DNA from: a bacterium
GTDB lineage: Bacteria > Zhuqueibacterota > Zhuqueibacteria > Residuimicrobiales > Krinioviventaceae
NCBI GenBank assembly: GCA_963674595.2
Contig: CAXXFV010000014.1
Span: 107,502 to 171,501 of the forward strand
DNA: 64,000 bases
Direction: 5' to 3'
Shown: positions 29,188 through 39,402 of the stretch, one piece after another
Layout: each line of letters opens with the position of its first letter
Numbering within the stretch: the stretch's first letter is position 1
Position numbers and translations under genes: made by a program
Notes under the pieces: model-generated
Seen by the model: only the letters and a program-made list of their open reading frames with translations
The model's database searches: none
What the model was told of the DNA's origin: nothing

Positions 29188-29216
29188 TTGACAAAGCGCA
29201 AATAAGTTATTATATT
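29188..29216 (+). promoter_or_regulatory. Putative sigma70 promoter TTGACA-17-TATATT
   Basis: Consensus -35 with correct spacing upstream of the M23 gene. Confidence 0.55.
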
Positions 29217-29340
29217 CCTATCGGCTTATGCGCCTACCTCTCAAATTTAAAAAGTACCTCCAAGATTAATGATGATGTATATTGTCCAAAATGAAACCAA
29301 CAAATGATCGGCTGCATTAACAAAATCGCAAAGGAAAGAG

Positions 29341-30264
29341 ATGTTCGGTAAACATATTAAACTCATCTATTTTTCTTTGGGGGATTCGGAGGCGAAGCAA
29401 ATTAGTTTGGGATGGAAGAAGATTGTTGGGTATTGTGTACTAATTTTTGCCGTTTTACTTGTCACCACATTCCTCACACTTGAATTTTTTACCGATGTGT
29501 ACCATGATTGGAAAGTGGCTCATCTTTCAAAAGCAAACTACCAACTGGAAGAAATGCTTAACGAGATGGGCAAAAAAGTCCAAATCATTGAAGGTAAAGT
29601 TCAACTCTTGGAAAAAGAGGACGATGATTTAAGAGTTTTTGTAGACTTGCCGTCCATTAACAAAGACGTTAGGAAACTCGGTGTTGGTGGACATGCACCG
29701 GAAACCTATGCAAGCTATTCTATATTGAATGAAAACTCTGCAAACGAAGCTGTTCAGATAAAACGCCTTATTGATAATCTCGATCAGCGGATTGACCTCG
29801 CTTCTAAAAGCTATGGGGAAATTATCACCCAGCACAATAAAAACCTAAGGACTCTAAAACAGACTCCTTCTATTCGCCCATTACTTGGTGGTCGTATAAG
29901 CGACAAATTCGGCATACGTCTTGACCCTTTTGTCGACCAATTTAGAAAACACGACGGTGTCGATATTTCAGCGCCACGAGGAACAGACGTTTACGCAACA
30001 GCAGACGGCAAGGTTATTGAAGTTGTCACAAAATACCGTCCAAATCATGGTTACGGAAAACAAGTTAGAATAGACCATGGTAACGGGCTGATAACACGAT
30101 ATGCTCACCTGCAAAAAGTTCTTGTTAAACCCGGTGAACGTATTACAAGACATACTGTTATCGGCAAAGTTGGTGACACCGGACGTTCAACCGGACCCCA
30201 TTTACATTACGAAGTGATCAATAATGGTACACCGGTTGATCCGGCAACATATATGATAGATTAA
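29341..30264 (+). CDS. M23-family metallopeptidase (murein endopeptidase-like)
   Basis: TM and coiled coil; PSIRP..G, H.GVD, GYG..V.IDHGNG..TRYAHL, TGRSTGPHLHYEV. Confidence 0.93.
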   Translation: MFGKHIKLIYFSLGDSEAKQISLGWKKIVGYCVLIFAVLLVTTFLTLEFFTDVYHDWKVAHLSKANYQLEEMLNEMGKKVQIIEGKVQLLEKEDDDLRVFVDLPSINKDVRKLGVGGHAPETYASYSILNENSANEAVQIKRLIDNLDQRIDLASKSYGEIITQHNKNLRTLKQTPSIRPLLGGRISDKFGIRLDPFVDQFRKHDGVDISAPRGTDVYATADGKVIEVVTKYRPNHGYGKQVRIDHGNGLITRYAHLQKVLVKPGERITRHTVIGKVGDTGRSTGPHLHYEVINNGTPVDPATYMID

Positions 30265-30285
30265 AAAATTTTAAAATAAATTAAT

Positions 30286-30317
30286 AAAGCCTGCCACTTT
30301 TGTCAGGCTTTTTTTTT
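30286..30317 (+). terminator. Rho-independent terminator
   Basis: AAAGCCTG..CAGGCTTT stem followed by a U-tract. Confidence 0.75.
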
Positions 30318-30337
30318 ATCTAAACTAAAAGAAAATA

Positions 30338-31354
30338 ATGAAAAATATTATCTATATATATCTGTTTTTATATTCAAGTATCGGTACAGCTTTTTCCCAG
30401 CCAATTCTTACACCACAGTATTTACAAAAAGGTATTGAATCCGGTATTTCAGAAGACTATCAACAAGCATTGGAATTTTTTGAACAGGTAAAAAAAGAAT
30501 ACCCGGATCATCCGGCTGGATATTTTTTTAGTGCCGCTATTATACAATCGCAAATGATGGACTTTGAAACCAAACAATGGGAAAAACAATTCTATAAGGA
30601 AATAAACAACGCCATAAAAATTGCTTCCAAAGCAATCCACAATGAGCCTGAAAATCCACACATGCTTTTTTTTCATGGCGCTGCCATGTCCTATAAAAGT
30701 TTTCAATTAGCACGGGATGGTAAATATATTAAAGCAATCAAAATAGCCCTCGTTGCTATTGATGAACTTGAAAAAGTAACAGAAATAGACACCCTTTTTT
30801 GTGATGCCTACCTTGGTGTGGGAAGCTATAATTATTGGCGCAGCCAGATAACAGAAAAACTATCCTGGCTGCCATTTTTCCCAAATAACAAAAATGCCGG
30901 AATAGAATTAATAAAAAAAGCCGTTGACTGCAGCTATTATTCAAAATGGGCAGCGCTTTCAAACTTGAGCTGGATATATATTCAGGAAGAAAATTATACA
31001 CAAGCAATTTATTGTGCAAAGGAAGGACTGCAACAATTTCCTGAAAGCCGGTTTTTCTTATGGCCCTTGGGTGACGCTTTTTACAAAAATAAAGAATATG
31101 AAAAATCAATTGAAATTTATCAAAAACTGTTGCTTTCCGTTAAAAGCGAAACAATAAATAATCATTATAATGAAATTTTACTGCATGTAAAACTGGCTGA
31201 ATGCTTTTTTAATTTAAAAAATTCTGAATTTTCTAAAATGCATTGTGAAAAGGCATTATCCCTTACACCGGATAAAGAGGTAAAAAAACGGGCTAATTCT
31301 AAAAAAGATAGAGCAAAAGAACTGCTTAAAGAAATATCCGCTAACAACTTGTAA
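30338..31354 (+). CDS. Secreted TPR-repeat protein
   Basis: Signal peptide; helical TPR-like repeats (YQQALEFF, YPDHPAGYF, DAYLG.G.Y.YW). Confidence 0.75.
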   Translation: MKNIIYIYLFLYSSIGTAFSQPILTPQYLQKGIESGISEDYQQALEFFEQVKKEYPDHPAGYFFSAAIIQSQMMDFETKQWEKQFYKEINNAIKIASKAIHNEPENPHMLFFHGAAMSYKSFQLARDGKYIKAIKIALVAIDELEKVTEIDTLFCDAYLGVGSYNYWRSQITEKLSWLPFFPNNKNAGIELIKKAVDCSYYSKWAALSNLSWIYIQEENYTQAIYCAKEGLQQFPESRFFLWPLGDAFYKNKEYEKSIEIYQKLLLSVKSETINNHYNEILLHVKLAECFFNLKNSEFSKMHCEKALSLTPDKEVKKRANSKKDRAKELLKEISANNL

Positions 31355-31382
31355 ATTGACGGCAAAATATACATTTTTTTAC

Positions 31383-31411
31383 TTGTAATTCATTTAGAGT
31401 ATATGTATAAT
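31383..31411 (+). promoter_or_regulatory. Putative extended -10 promoter TTGTAA-17-(TG)TATAAT giving a ~170-nt leader
   Basis: Sequence match upstream of the MtaA/UroD-family gene. Confidence 0.55.
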
Positions 31412-31587
31412 TATGCCGAATAATGCAAGCTGCATCTCATAACTTAACCAAAAAGTAATAAATTCGGGTCAGGTTTACAATTTCAAGGCGTGAATAGCTC
31501 CCACTCCTGAATATGGGATTTTTCGAATATTAAAATCCATACCTTAATACGAACCGTCTGTTTAAATTAGCCAAAGGGAGAAAATGA

Positions 31588-32607
31588 ATGATACACAATC
31601 CTTTTCTTGAAAAAATTGCAAAAGCCCAAAAAGAAAAAAGACGTCTGGTGGCCCCACTTGTCGGATTTCCCGGAGTAAATATAACGGGCAATACCATAAA
31701 ATTAGCCCAACAAAATTTTGGACAGCATTATAAAATAGTAAAAGAAATTGCCAGAGTCTTTGAACCGGATATTATTTTTCCTTTAATGGACCTTGCTGTG
31801 GAAGCAAACGCCCTGGGACAATATACCGTATTTCCACAACAGGAATCTGCTACAGTCGTAAAATCCGATTTTTCAATTGATGATCTTGCTGCTAAAGAAA
31901 ATGTAAACATTGCCTTTGATACGCGCCTTATCGGTTATCTTGAAACAATGAAATTAATGAGCATTGGACTTTCAGACTCTATTCTAAGAGGCGCCTATGT
32001 AACTGGTCCCTATTCTCTGGCTGCACTAATTATGGGAGCAGATCAGGCAGCGATGGCAACTGTTTTACAGCCGGATGATTTACATACTCTTTGTCAATTC
32101 ACAACGGAAAAAATTTTAGAGTATGTGAGATTGCTAATTGCCTCAGGTGCTCAAACAATTTGTATTCTAGAACCCAGCGCCGTAATGCTTGGTCCAAATG
32201 AGTTTGCCGCGTTTTCAGGTTCTTATGTACAATATATTATTGAAAGCTGCAAGTATACCGGAATAGCAACAATTTATCATACATGTGGCAACACCATGCA
32301 TCTTATTAATAAAATGGTGGAAACAGGTGTCAGTGCGCTTAGTCTTGATTCACAGGAAGTTGGTGTTGACCTGCCGTCAGTTGCCAAGCAAGTTCCCCCG
32401 GAAGTTATTATTATGGGCAACATTAATCCAACAGGAAGTTTACTAAACGGAACACCTGAACAGGTTGAAAAAGAGGTAACCGAACTTTTGCAACAAATGG
32501 CCCCATTTCCTAATTTTGTTTTAAGCACCGGATGCGACTTGCCTCAGGAAACCCCTATTGAAAACATACATGCTTTTATGAGTACCGGTAAAAAATATCG
32601 GTTATAA
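31588..32607 (+). CDS. Uroporphyrinogen-decarboxylase-fold, MtaA/CmuA-like (MT2) methyltransferase
   Basis: DL.VEA.ALG, GPYSLA, EP.A, Zn motif HTCGN, MGNI.P, GTPEQV, LSTGCDLP. Confidence 0.8.
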   Translation: MIHNPFLEKIAKAQKEKRRLVAPLVGFPGVNITGNTIKLAQQNFGQHYKIVKEIARVFEPDIIFPLMDLAVEANALGQYTVFPQQESATVVKSDFSIDDLAAKENVNIAFDTRLIGYLETMKLMSIGLSDSILRGAYVTGPYSLAALIMGADQAAMATVLQPDDLHTLCQFTTEKILEYVRLLIASGAQTICILEPSAVMLGPNEFAAFSGSYVQYIIESCKYTGIATIYHTCGNTMHLINKMVETGVSALSLDSQEVGVDLPSVAKQVPPEVIIMGNINPTGSLLNGTPEQVEKEVTELLQQMAPFPNFVLSTGCDLPQETPIENIHAFMSTGKKYRL

Positions 32608-32620
32608 AAATGTATCCTTT

Positions 32621-32643
32621 GGTCCACTTGTTAAAAGTGGACC
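32621..32643. terminator. Hairpin between convergent genes
   Basis: GGTCCACTT-GTTAA-AAGTGGACC. Confidence 0.6.
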
Positions 32644-32645
32644 TT

Positions 32646-33101
32646 TCAATTAATCCGTCTTTTAGAATACAATCGCCATTCACAAAATATAATAAATAGT
32701 ATCCAAAGGGGAGACAATAAAAGCGGGATTTCCGGCCAAAACAAACCGATCTCTAATGATTTCCATGAAAAGGGAAAAAACCAGTAATAACCGTTTGCCA
32801 GGTGCTTTTGAAAAAAATCCAGCAACAAATGAAGGAATACACCGAAAAAGGTATTAGAATAAAACGTGTAACGAACAGACGGTCGGAAAAACTCTCCTGC
32901 CAACAGCACAACAAAAACAAGAAAAACCGGTGTATGCATGGCAACCGTATATTTGTATAAAGAAGGCCATATAATATAAATCGGGCGGGTAATAATATCA
33001 GGTAAAATAATGCCAAGGTAAAAAAATATCCTATAGGCATCATTTTTACGAAAAGATGAGATAAAATAGGTCGAGGCAGTATGAGTAATCAGATCAGGCA
33101 T
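32646..33101 (-). CDS. Membrane metal-dependent hydrolase (YdjM/DUF457-like)
   Basis: MPDLITH, G.ILPD, H..., HLLLD, FFPFS. Confidence 0.7.
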   Translation of the reverse strand: MPDLITHTASTYFISSFRKNDAYRIFFYLGIILPDIITRPIYIIWPSLYKYTVAMHTPVFLVFVVLLAGEFFRPSVRYTFYSNTFFGVFLHLLLDFFQKHLANGYYWFFPFSWKSLEIGLFWPEIPLLLSPLWILFIIFCEWRLYSKRRIN

Positions 33102-33568
33102 CAGATTTTTTCAAAATAGAATTTTACAAAATGAAAACGATAGGCCCGTAAGAATAACAATAAAATGACAATAACCGGTAAAACTGAAGCAAGGATTTTG
33201 ATACGTCTGTATTTGGCAGGCCGTAAATCCACGAGTTCCAAGCGGTCCGGACTGGTAAATTTTGCCCGCAACGTTACAAACTCATTGACATGCAAATTAT
33301 CTGCTAAACCCTGCACGTAGAAAAATTTACCCAAATATTTTATATAAAATCCACGAGATGTAATTTTATTAACAGTTGTTTCAGTTCCGATTGTAATAGT
33401 ATAACCGTTATATTTTTGTGGTTCCCGAAGGCAGTCTTTTAAAGTCACATAGGGGAAATTAATCTTACCCCAGATCATGAAAAATATTAGAAACAATAAC
33501 CAAATAAAAATACGTGTCACACGTAAAAATGGTTTATCATTTATCAATATGCCCTTTAAAAACTTCAT
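33101..33568 (-). CDS. Hypothetical membrane protein (start uncertain)
   Basis: Two TM segments flank a small soluble domain; coupled to its neighbours. Confidence 0.55.
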   Translation of the reverse strand: MKFLKGILINDKPFLRVTRIFIWLLFLIFFMIWGKINFPYVTLKDCLREPQKYNGYTITIGTETTVNKITSRGFYIKYLGKFFYVQGLADNLHVNEFVTLRAKFTSPDRLELVDLRPAKYRRIKILASVLPVIVILLLFLRAYRFHFVKFYFEKI

Positions 33569-34325
33569 TAACCACCTGAAAAATTGTATCATGCAATAAA
33601 CCATTGGAAGCAATGACATTACCGGTCCACATAGGGTCATCTTCATTGGCAAAATCTGTAATTAATCCACCGGCCTCTTTAATAATCAGGGAGCCGGCAG
33701 CAATATCCCAGGGTCCAAGTTTAATTTCCCAAAAACCATCACACCGTCCGCAGGCCAAATGGCAAAAATCAAGTGCAACAGATCCGGCCCTGCGAATGCC
33801 GCTGACTTGCTTAAAAAGCTGTTGAAAAGATTTTAAATATAAATCAAGATATTCCTTTGAACGGAAAGGAAATCCGGTAGCCAGCAAAGCAACTCCAGGA
33901 TCGGCTATAGCGGAAACATGTATTGGAGTATTATCCAAAAATGCGCCTTTTCCCTTTTCAGCATGAAACAACTCATCGCGTAAAGGATCATAAACAACAC
34001 CCAGAATTATTTCATTGTCCTTTTCCAATGCTATGGATACCGCAAAAGCCGGATAATTATGAATAAAGTTTGTCGTACCGTCTAAAGGATCGATAATCCA
34101 GCGAAAACCACCGCTTTCTTGACGCAAGGATTCTTCTGCCAGAATTTTATGGTCTGGAAATTCTTTTTTAATAATATCAATTATAATCTCTTCTGACTCT
34201 TTATCAATATCAGTAACAAAATCAAATGCAAGCTTTCTATCAGCGTTTTTGCTTTGAATTGTTCCTGCATTTTGTTTAATAAATTTGCCAGCTTCCTTCG
34301 CAGCCTTAATCGCTGTTTTTATCAT
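33537..34325 (-). CDS. suhB: Inositol monophosphatase family
   Basis: DFVT.ID..SE, AEES, WIIDPLDGTTNF, RRAGS.ALD, WDIAAG.LI..EAGG. Confidence 0.92.
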   Translation of the reverse strand: MIKTAIKAAKEAGKFIKQNAGTIQSKNADRKLAFDFVTDIDKESEEIIIDIIKKEFPDHKILAEESLRQESGGFRWIIDPLDGTTNFIHNYPAFAVSIALEKDNEIILGVVYDPLRDELFHAEKGKGAFLDNTPIHVSAIADPGVALLATGFPFRSKEYLDLYLKSFQQLFKQVSGIRRAGSVALDFCHLACGRCDGFWEIKLGPWDIAAGSLIIKEAGGLITDFANEDDPMWTGNVIASNGLLHDTIFQVVNEVFKGHIDK

Positions 34326-34338
34326 TATTGGCCCTTTT

Positions 34339-36698
34339 TCATTTACGCAATCGAACAACAGTTACCCCGGAATCCCCTTCATTCCAATATCCTAATCTGA
34401 ATTTGCTCACCTGCGGATGATTTTGTAAAAACTGGCCAATCCCCTGCCGCAGTTTTCCTGTCCCCTTGCCGTGAACAATTCGTATCTCTTCTAATCCGGT
34501 TAACAGTGTTTCATCAATAAACCGGTCAACAGCCTCCCTCGCATCCTCTTCTGTCATGCCCCGCAAATCAATTTCATTTAATAAAGATTCATCTGAAGAT
34601 AAATTAATATTTACAAGTGACTTTTTTTGCTTTTGGCGTTTGGTTTTAATTAAATCCGTTACCAGCAATTTCATTTTAACACCTTCAACCTGAACCAAAA
34701 CACGATTTTGTTTATCTTTTTCGGACAGCACTTTACCGACGGTCCCCATTGTTTTCCACTTTACAAAGTCACCAATTTGTATGGGTTCCTGCTCAGAAAT
34801 ATTCGGTGTTTCTTCTTTAACGTCTTTTTTAATTTTTTCAATTTTTTTTGCTTCATCTTTTAACAAGCTTTTAGTATCACGGATACTGTTTTTATCGGCA
34901 TTTTTTTCTTTAATTTCCTTAACCGCCAATTCAACAGCTACATTAGCCTGCCGGATTATTTCTTCAGCCTCTTCAACAGCTCTTCTTTTAATTAGTTTTT
35001 CTTCCCGTTTAATTTTGCTTGTTTTTTCCCCATATAGTTCAAGCAAACCATCCAATTCAGACTGTTTGATGGAATTTTTGGAAACCATATCTTTATTTTG
35101 CTGGCGCAACTGCTCCAGTTCCAGTAATAAACTTTCCATCTTGCCTTTGTGCCCGCCTATAATACTCCTTGCACGATTCAGGATTTCATTAGAGATTCCC
35201 ATTCGTTTGGCAATTTCAAAAGCATAGCTTGAGCCGGGCAAACCGGGCATAAAACGATAGGTCGGTTCCAGCGTTTCGATTTTAAATTCCATGGATCCGT
35301 TTTCCACGTCCGGTGTTTCATGGGCAAAGACTTTTAAAGCGCCATGATGAGTTGTTACAACAGACAGACATTTTCGGGCTGTTAACCGTTCCAGTAAGGA
35401 CATTGCCAAAGCAGTCCCTTCTTCCGGGTCTGTTCCGGAACCGATTTCATCAATTAAAACCAGGCTATTTAGATCTGCATTTTCAGAAATCACGTGCAGA
35501 TTTTGTAAATGGGCTGAAAAAGTTGACAGATCATTTTCAATGGACTGCTGATCGCCAATGCAGGAAAAAATACTTTCAAAACAACCGATTTTGGAATGCG
35601 GTAAAGCGGGAATATGTAATCCGCATAGAGTCATCAATGTTAATAGACCTATAGTTTTCAAGGTAACGGTTTTACCGCCTGCATTTGGACCACTGATAAT
35701 GAGCGTATGAAATTTTTCACCCAGTATAATGTCAAGTGGAACCGTCGCCTTTTCTCCCAGTCTTTGTACCAGCAGAGGGTGCCGTGCTGAAGCCAGGTGT
35801 AAAAATGGTCGATCCACGAGTTCAACCTGTTGTGCATTTAAAACACGCGAATAATCTGCTTTTGCGTAGAGCAAATCAAATTTGGCAAGAATTTTCAAAT
35901 TGTGGCTTAGAGTTACAACATCATTATGGACAAGATTTGAAAGCTCGAATAAAATACGTTCAATCTCTTTGGTCTCTTCTGTTTGCAGTTCCCTGACACG
36001 ATTATTGTCGTCAAGTGTTTCCAAAGGTTCAACAAAATAACTGGCGCCACTGGCTGATTGGCCGTGGACAAGGCCCTTAATCTTTCTTTTATATTCATCT
36101 TTAACAACCAGCACCAAACGCCCCTCGCGAACCGAGATAACATTTTCCTGCAAAAACCCTTGTGAGCCAAGGTTCTTTTGTAACGATTCGATTTTCCGGC
36201 GTACAGCCTCTTGCGCCCTTTTAATGTCCCGGCGAATTTGCGCCAGTTTTGGACTTGCCGAATCTTTTACTTCAAAGGTATCTACATCAATACATCGAAT
36301 GATCTCTTTTTCAAGAGAATCGATAATTACCAGTGGTTTGATCAATTTTTTTAAAAAGGGATTTTTTCTTCACGAGACTTGAAATAGGATACCAACCGTC
36401 TCACTAAAATCAACATTTTGGCAAGATCTGCAAATTCCTCCTGCCGCAGTATAGTGCCGACAAGTTTGGCTCTTTTTAAAACAGTACGAATATCTGAAAG
36501 CCCTTCTAATGGAACAGCCTGATCATAGGATATCAGGTCCCGAAGTTCGGTCACTTGCGACAAAATTAAATATCGAAATTTAGTATCGGTAATCGGTGTT
36601 AGTTCGAGGGCTAATTCTTTTCCCAAAGGGGATATTGCATATTGTGATAAATTTTCACAAACTTTATCAAATTCTAAAACCTTAAAAAGTGATTCCAA
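34339..36698 (-). CDS. mutS2: Endonuclease MutS2, split by one frameshift at ~36354
   Basis: LEFDKV N-terminus (36351-36698); SASG...FVEP, ARHPLL, ISGPNAGGKT, QSIENDLSTFS, DEIGSGTDP.EG and Smr domain IDLRG...IVHGKGTG (34339-36345). Confidence 0.93.
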
Positions 36699-36704
36699 CT
36701 GGGG

Positions 36705-37394
36705 TTATCTCCGTAATTTTTTCGCCAATTCCTGAGCTCTTTTTTTCTCATTATCAATTATGCGGTCCTTTTCCTTGTCACTAATAGAGTTCAAGTGGTC
36801 AACGGACGTATCTATGGCTTTTTCAAGGTTTTCTTTGCCGGATTTTGGCATATCTTTAAGAATGTCCTGAGATTCATTGGTTTTATCCAGCACACTTTGT
36901 ACAGCTTTACCAGCTTGTGGTACAAAATAACTTATGGAATCAACAATTAATGAAGCAAATTTTTTCAAGTGAGGAGCCAGGTATGATTGTTCTTCAACAT
37001 TTTTAATGTTTGACTTTGGAAAAAAGGAAATACTTAATATTAAAATACTCGTTAAAAACGCCCCCTGAAAAAAACCAAATAACGCACCAACAAACTGGTT
37101 TAAAAGTTTATTCGTTTTCGGCTTGAATAGTCCTGCATATAATTTTACGAAAAACCAGATACCTATTTTTGCAAGTATAAGTACTATTATTATACTGATA
37201 TAAGCACTAATTTTACTAATATTCTGAAACTTTGACAGGATATAGGGATTTACTAAAACATAAAATTTAAGGGCAATTAACAATGAAATAAACCACCCTG
37301 TAAACCCAAGCAGTTCGTTAACCATCCCCCTTTTCGTTCCAAAAAACACAAAAGTTGTAATAATAATTATTATTATAATATCCGGATAAGACAT
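36705..37394 (-). CDS. cvpA: CvpA (colicin V production) family protein
   Basis: DIIIII...G.KRG...E, N..VGALFG..QG, S.LAP. Confidence 0.8.
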   Translation of the reverse strand: MSYPDIIIIIIITTFVFFGTKRGMVNELLGFTGWFISLLIALKFYVLVNPYILSKFQNISKISAYISIIIVLILAKIGIWFFVKLYAGLFKPKTNKLLNQFVGALFGFFQGAFLTSILILSISFFPKSNIKNVEEQSYLAPHLKKFASLIVDSISYFVPQAGKAVQSVLDKTNESQDILKDMPKSGKENLEKAIDTSVDHLNSISDKEKDRIIDNEKKRAQELAKKLRR

Positions 37395-37426
37395 TTCGTC
37401 ACCTAAAATTAAAAATCAATACGCAT

Positions 37427-37472
37427 AAAAAAAGTGAATAAAGTCGATATTATCATTCCTTTATTCACTTTT
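37427..37472 (-). terminator. Terminator after rpsU-yqeY
   Basis: AAAAGTGAATAAAG...CTTTATTCACTTTT inverted repeat with an A-tract. Confidence 0.6.
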
Positions 37473-37493
37473 AAAATACCTATGTCAAAAATA

Positions 37494-37937
37494 TTAATTT
37501 AACTTTTGGCGAACAAGCTCATTAATTGTTTTACCGTCAGCACGTCCTTTAACCTGAGCCATAATCACAGGCATTACCTTTCCCAAATCTTTAATAGAAA
37601 TCGCATCAACTTGCTGTATGGCACTGTCTACAATTTTTTCAATCTCTTCAGAACTTAACGGCTTTGGTAAATAAGCTTGAATAATATCGAGTTCAAATTT
37701 TTCTTTTTTAGCAAGATCATGGCGTCCAGCTTCTTCATAAGCCGTAATCGCTTCACGCCGTTTCTTTGCAGCACTCGTTAAAACTGATAGTTCTTCATCC
37801 GAGGTAAGATCTGCTCTTTTATCAATAGCCGCATCTTTAAGATTACCTCGAAGCAGGCGAATTGTTGTTAACTTTTCTTTTTCGCCCGATTTCATTGCGG
37901 CTTTCATATCATCAGTAAGTTTCTTAAATACGCTCAT
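37494..37937 (-). CDS. yqeY: GatB/YqeY domain protein
   Basis: L..DMKAAMKS, KKRREAI..Y..AGR.DL, YLPKPLS, DLGKVM, GRADGK. Confidence 0.93.
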   Translation of the reverse strand: MSVFKKLTDDMKAAMKSGEKEKLTTIRLLRGNLKDAAIDKRADLTSDEELSVLTSAAKKRREAITAYEEAGRHDLAKKEKFELDIIQAYLPKPLSSEEIEKIVDSAIQQVDAISIKDLGKVMPVIMAQVKGRADGKTINELVRQKLN

Positions 37938-37969
37938 TTGAACTCCAGAGGTTAAAAAGATAATAGAAA

Positions 37970-38164
37970 TTATCTTTCCATCATTTGCAATTTACGCATT
38001 TTGCGTCGAGCGGTATTAAGCTTTCTCTTTTTTCTTTCACTGGGCTTTTCATACTGCTGATGCTTTTTAATATCAGACATCAATCCAGATTTTTCACAAG
38101 CTTTAGTGAAACGTTTCAGAGCTCTTTCAAAAGCTTCGCCCTCACGTACCCTTATTCCAGGCAT
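37970..38164 (-). CDS. rpsU: 30S ribosomal protein S21
   Basis: VREGE.FERALKRF.K..EKSG, YEKPSE.KKRK. Confidence 0.96.
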   Translation of the reverse strand: MPGIRVREGEAFERALKRFTKACEKSGLMSDIKKHQQYEKPSERKKRKLNTARRKMRKLQMMER

Positions 38165-38325
38165 GAACTATTCAACCTCCTTTCCATATTAAGATATCGT
38201 TTTTCTCTTGACAGAAAATATAGGCATTCCCACTTTCAAAATCAAGGTATTTTTCATTTAAAGCATTAAAACAAGACAAAGTAACTTTTTAAATTTCAAT
38301 CAGGTAACTATGCCTTATTTTTCTA

Positions 38326-38667
38326 TCATCCCGGAGGCCACTGCATGGAACGACCGCCAAGCAAATGTAGATGAATATGAAAAACAGTCTGGCCACCGTC
38401 TTCATTACAATTCAAAACGATTCTATAACCACCTTTAGCGATTCCTGCCTCATCTGCCAATTTTTGAGCCGCCAGAATCATTTTTCCGATGAGTTGTTCA
38501 TCCTCAACCCCGGCCTCATTTATTGAGGCAATGTGTTTTTTGGGAATGACCAATAAATGAACTGGAGCCTGCGGAGAAATATCTTTAAAGGCCAAAACAT
38601 TTTGGTCTTCATAAACGATTTGAGCAGGTATTTCCTTGTTTATAATTTTACAAAATAAACATGACAT
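38326..38667 (-). CDS. hinT: Histidine triad nucleotide-binding protein
   Basis: CLFCKI, AF.DI.PQAPVH.LVIPK, GQTVFHIHLHLLGGR...WPPG. Confidence 0.95.
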   Translation of the reverse strand: MSCLFCKIINKEIPAQIVYEDQNVLAFKDISPQAPVHLLVIPKKHIASINEAGVEDEQLIGKMILAAQKLADEAGIAKGGYRIVLNCNEDGGQTVFHIHLHLLGGRSMQWPPG

Positions 38668-38691
38668 AACGATTACCTCACAGTCAAAAGG

Positions 38692-39402
38692 TTAAATATC
38701 TTTTACCTGATTTAAAATTTTTACGATGCCCGTAATGGCCGCCGTTTCGCTTTTTAACCTTCTCGGACCAAGACTTGTCAGCATTACATGATGATCTAAA
38801 GCTGATTTTATTTCATTTTCACTAAAGCCGCCTTCAGGCCCGATAAACAAAACAGCGCTATCATTATTCTGAAAATCATTTTCACAATCTACAGCTTTTT
38901 CATGAGCAATGTAACATGGTATATCTTTATATTTTTTAAAAGCCTCGTCCAAAGACAACAAATCGAATATTTCCGGACAACGGGTTCTGCCGCATTGTTT
39001 CATGGCGGAAAGCGCTTTTGAATGCCATCTTTCCATTCGGACCTTATCAACAATGGTATGTTCCGTTATAATTGGCTGAAAAGCCGTCACGCCAATTTCC
39101 GTCCCCTTTTCAATAATCAGGTCCCAATTTCCACTTTTTAGTAAAGCCTGAGCTAAAATTAATTTAAATCGCGGTTCAGAATAATTGTTAACAACACTTT
39201 TGATTTTAACCACAAGCTTAAAATTTTCAATTTTGGTAATGGTCCCTTTATAAAGGTGTCCCTTTCCGTCGGTTGCATTTATGTTTTCACCGACAGTTTT
39301 GCGTAAAACTTTGGCAGCATGACGAAATTCGTCATCCGTTAAAACAAATGAATCATTATGAACATTTTCAGGTAGCACATAAAAAAAACTGTCATGAGAC
39401 AT
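38692..39402 (-). CDS. rsmE: 16S rRNA m3U1498 methyltransferase
   Basis: H...VLR, EKGTEIGV, A.KQC.R, FIGPEGGFS, LGPR.L..ETA. Confidence 0.93.
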   Translation of the reverse strand: MSHDSFFYVLPENVHNDSFVLTDDEFRHAAKVLRKTVGENINATDGKGHLYKGTITKIENFKLVVKIKSVVNNYSEPRFKLILAQALLKSGNWDLIIEKGTEIGVTAFQPIITEHTIVDKVRMERWHSKALSAMKQCGRTRCPEIFDLLSLDEAFKKYKDIPCYIAHEKAVDCENDFQNNDSAVLFIGPEGGFSENEIKSALDHHVMLTSLGPRRLKSETAAITGIVKILNQVKDI

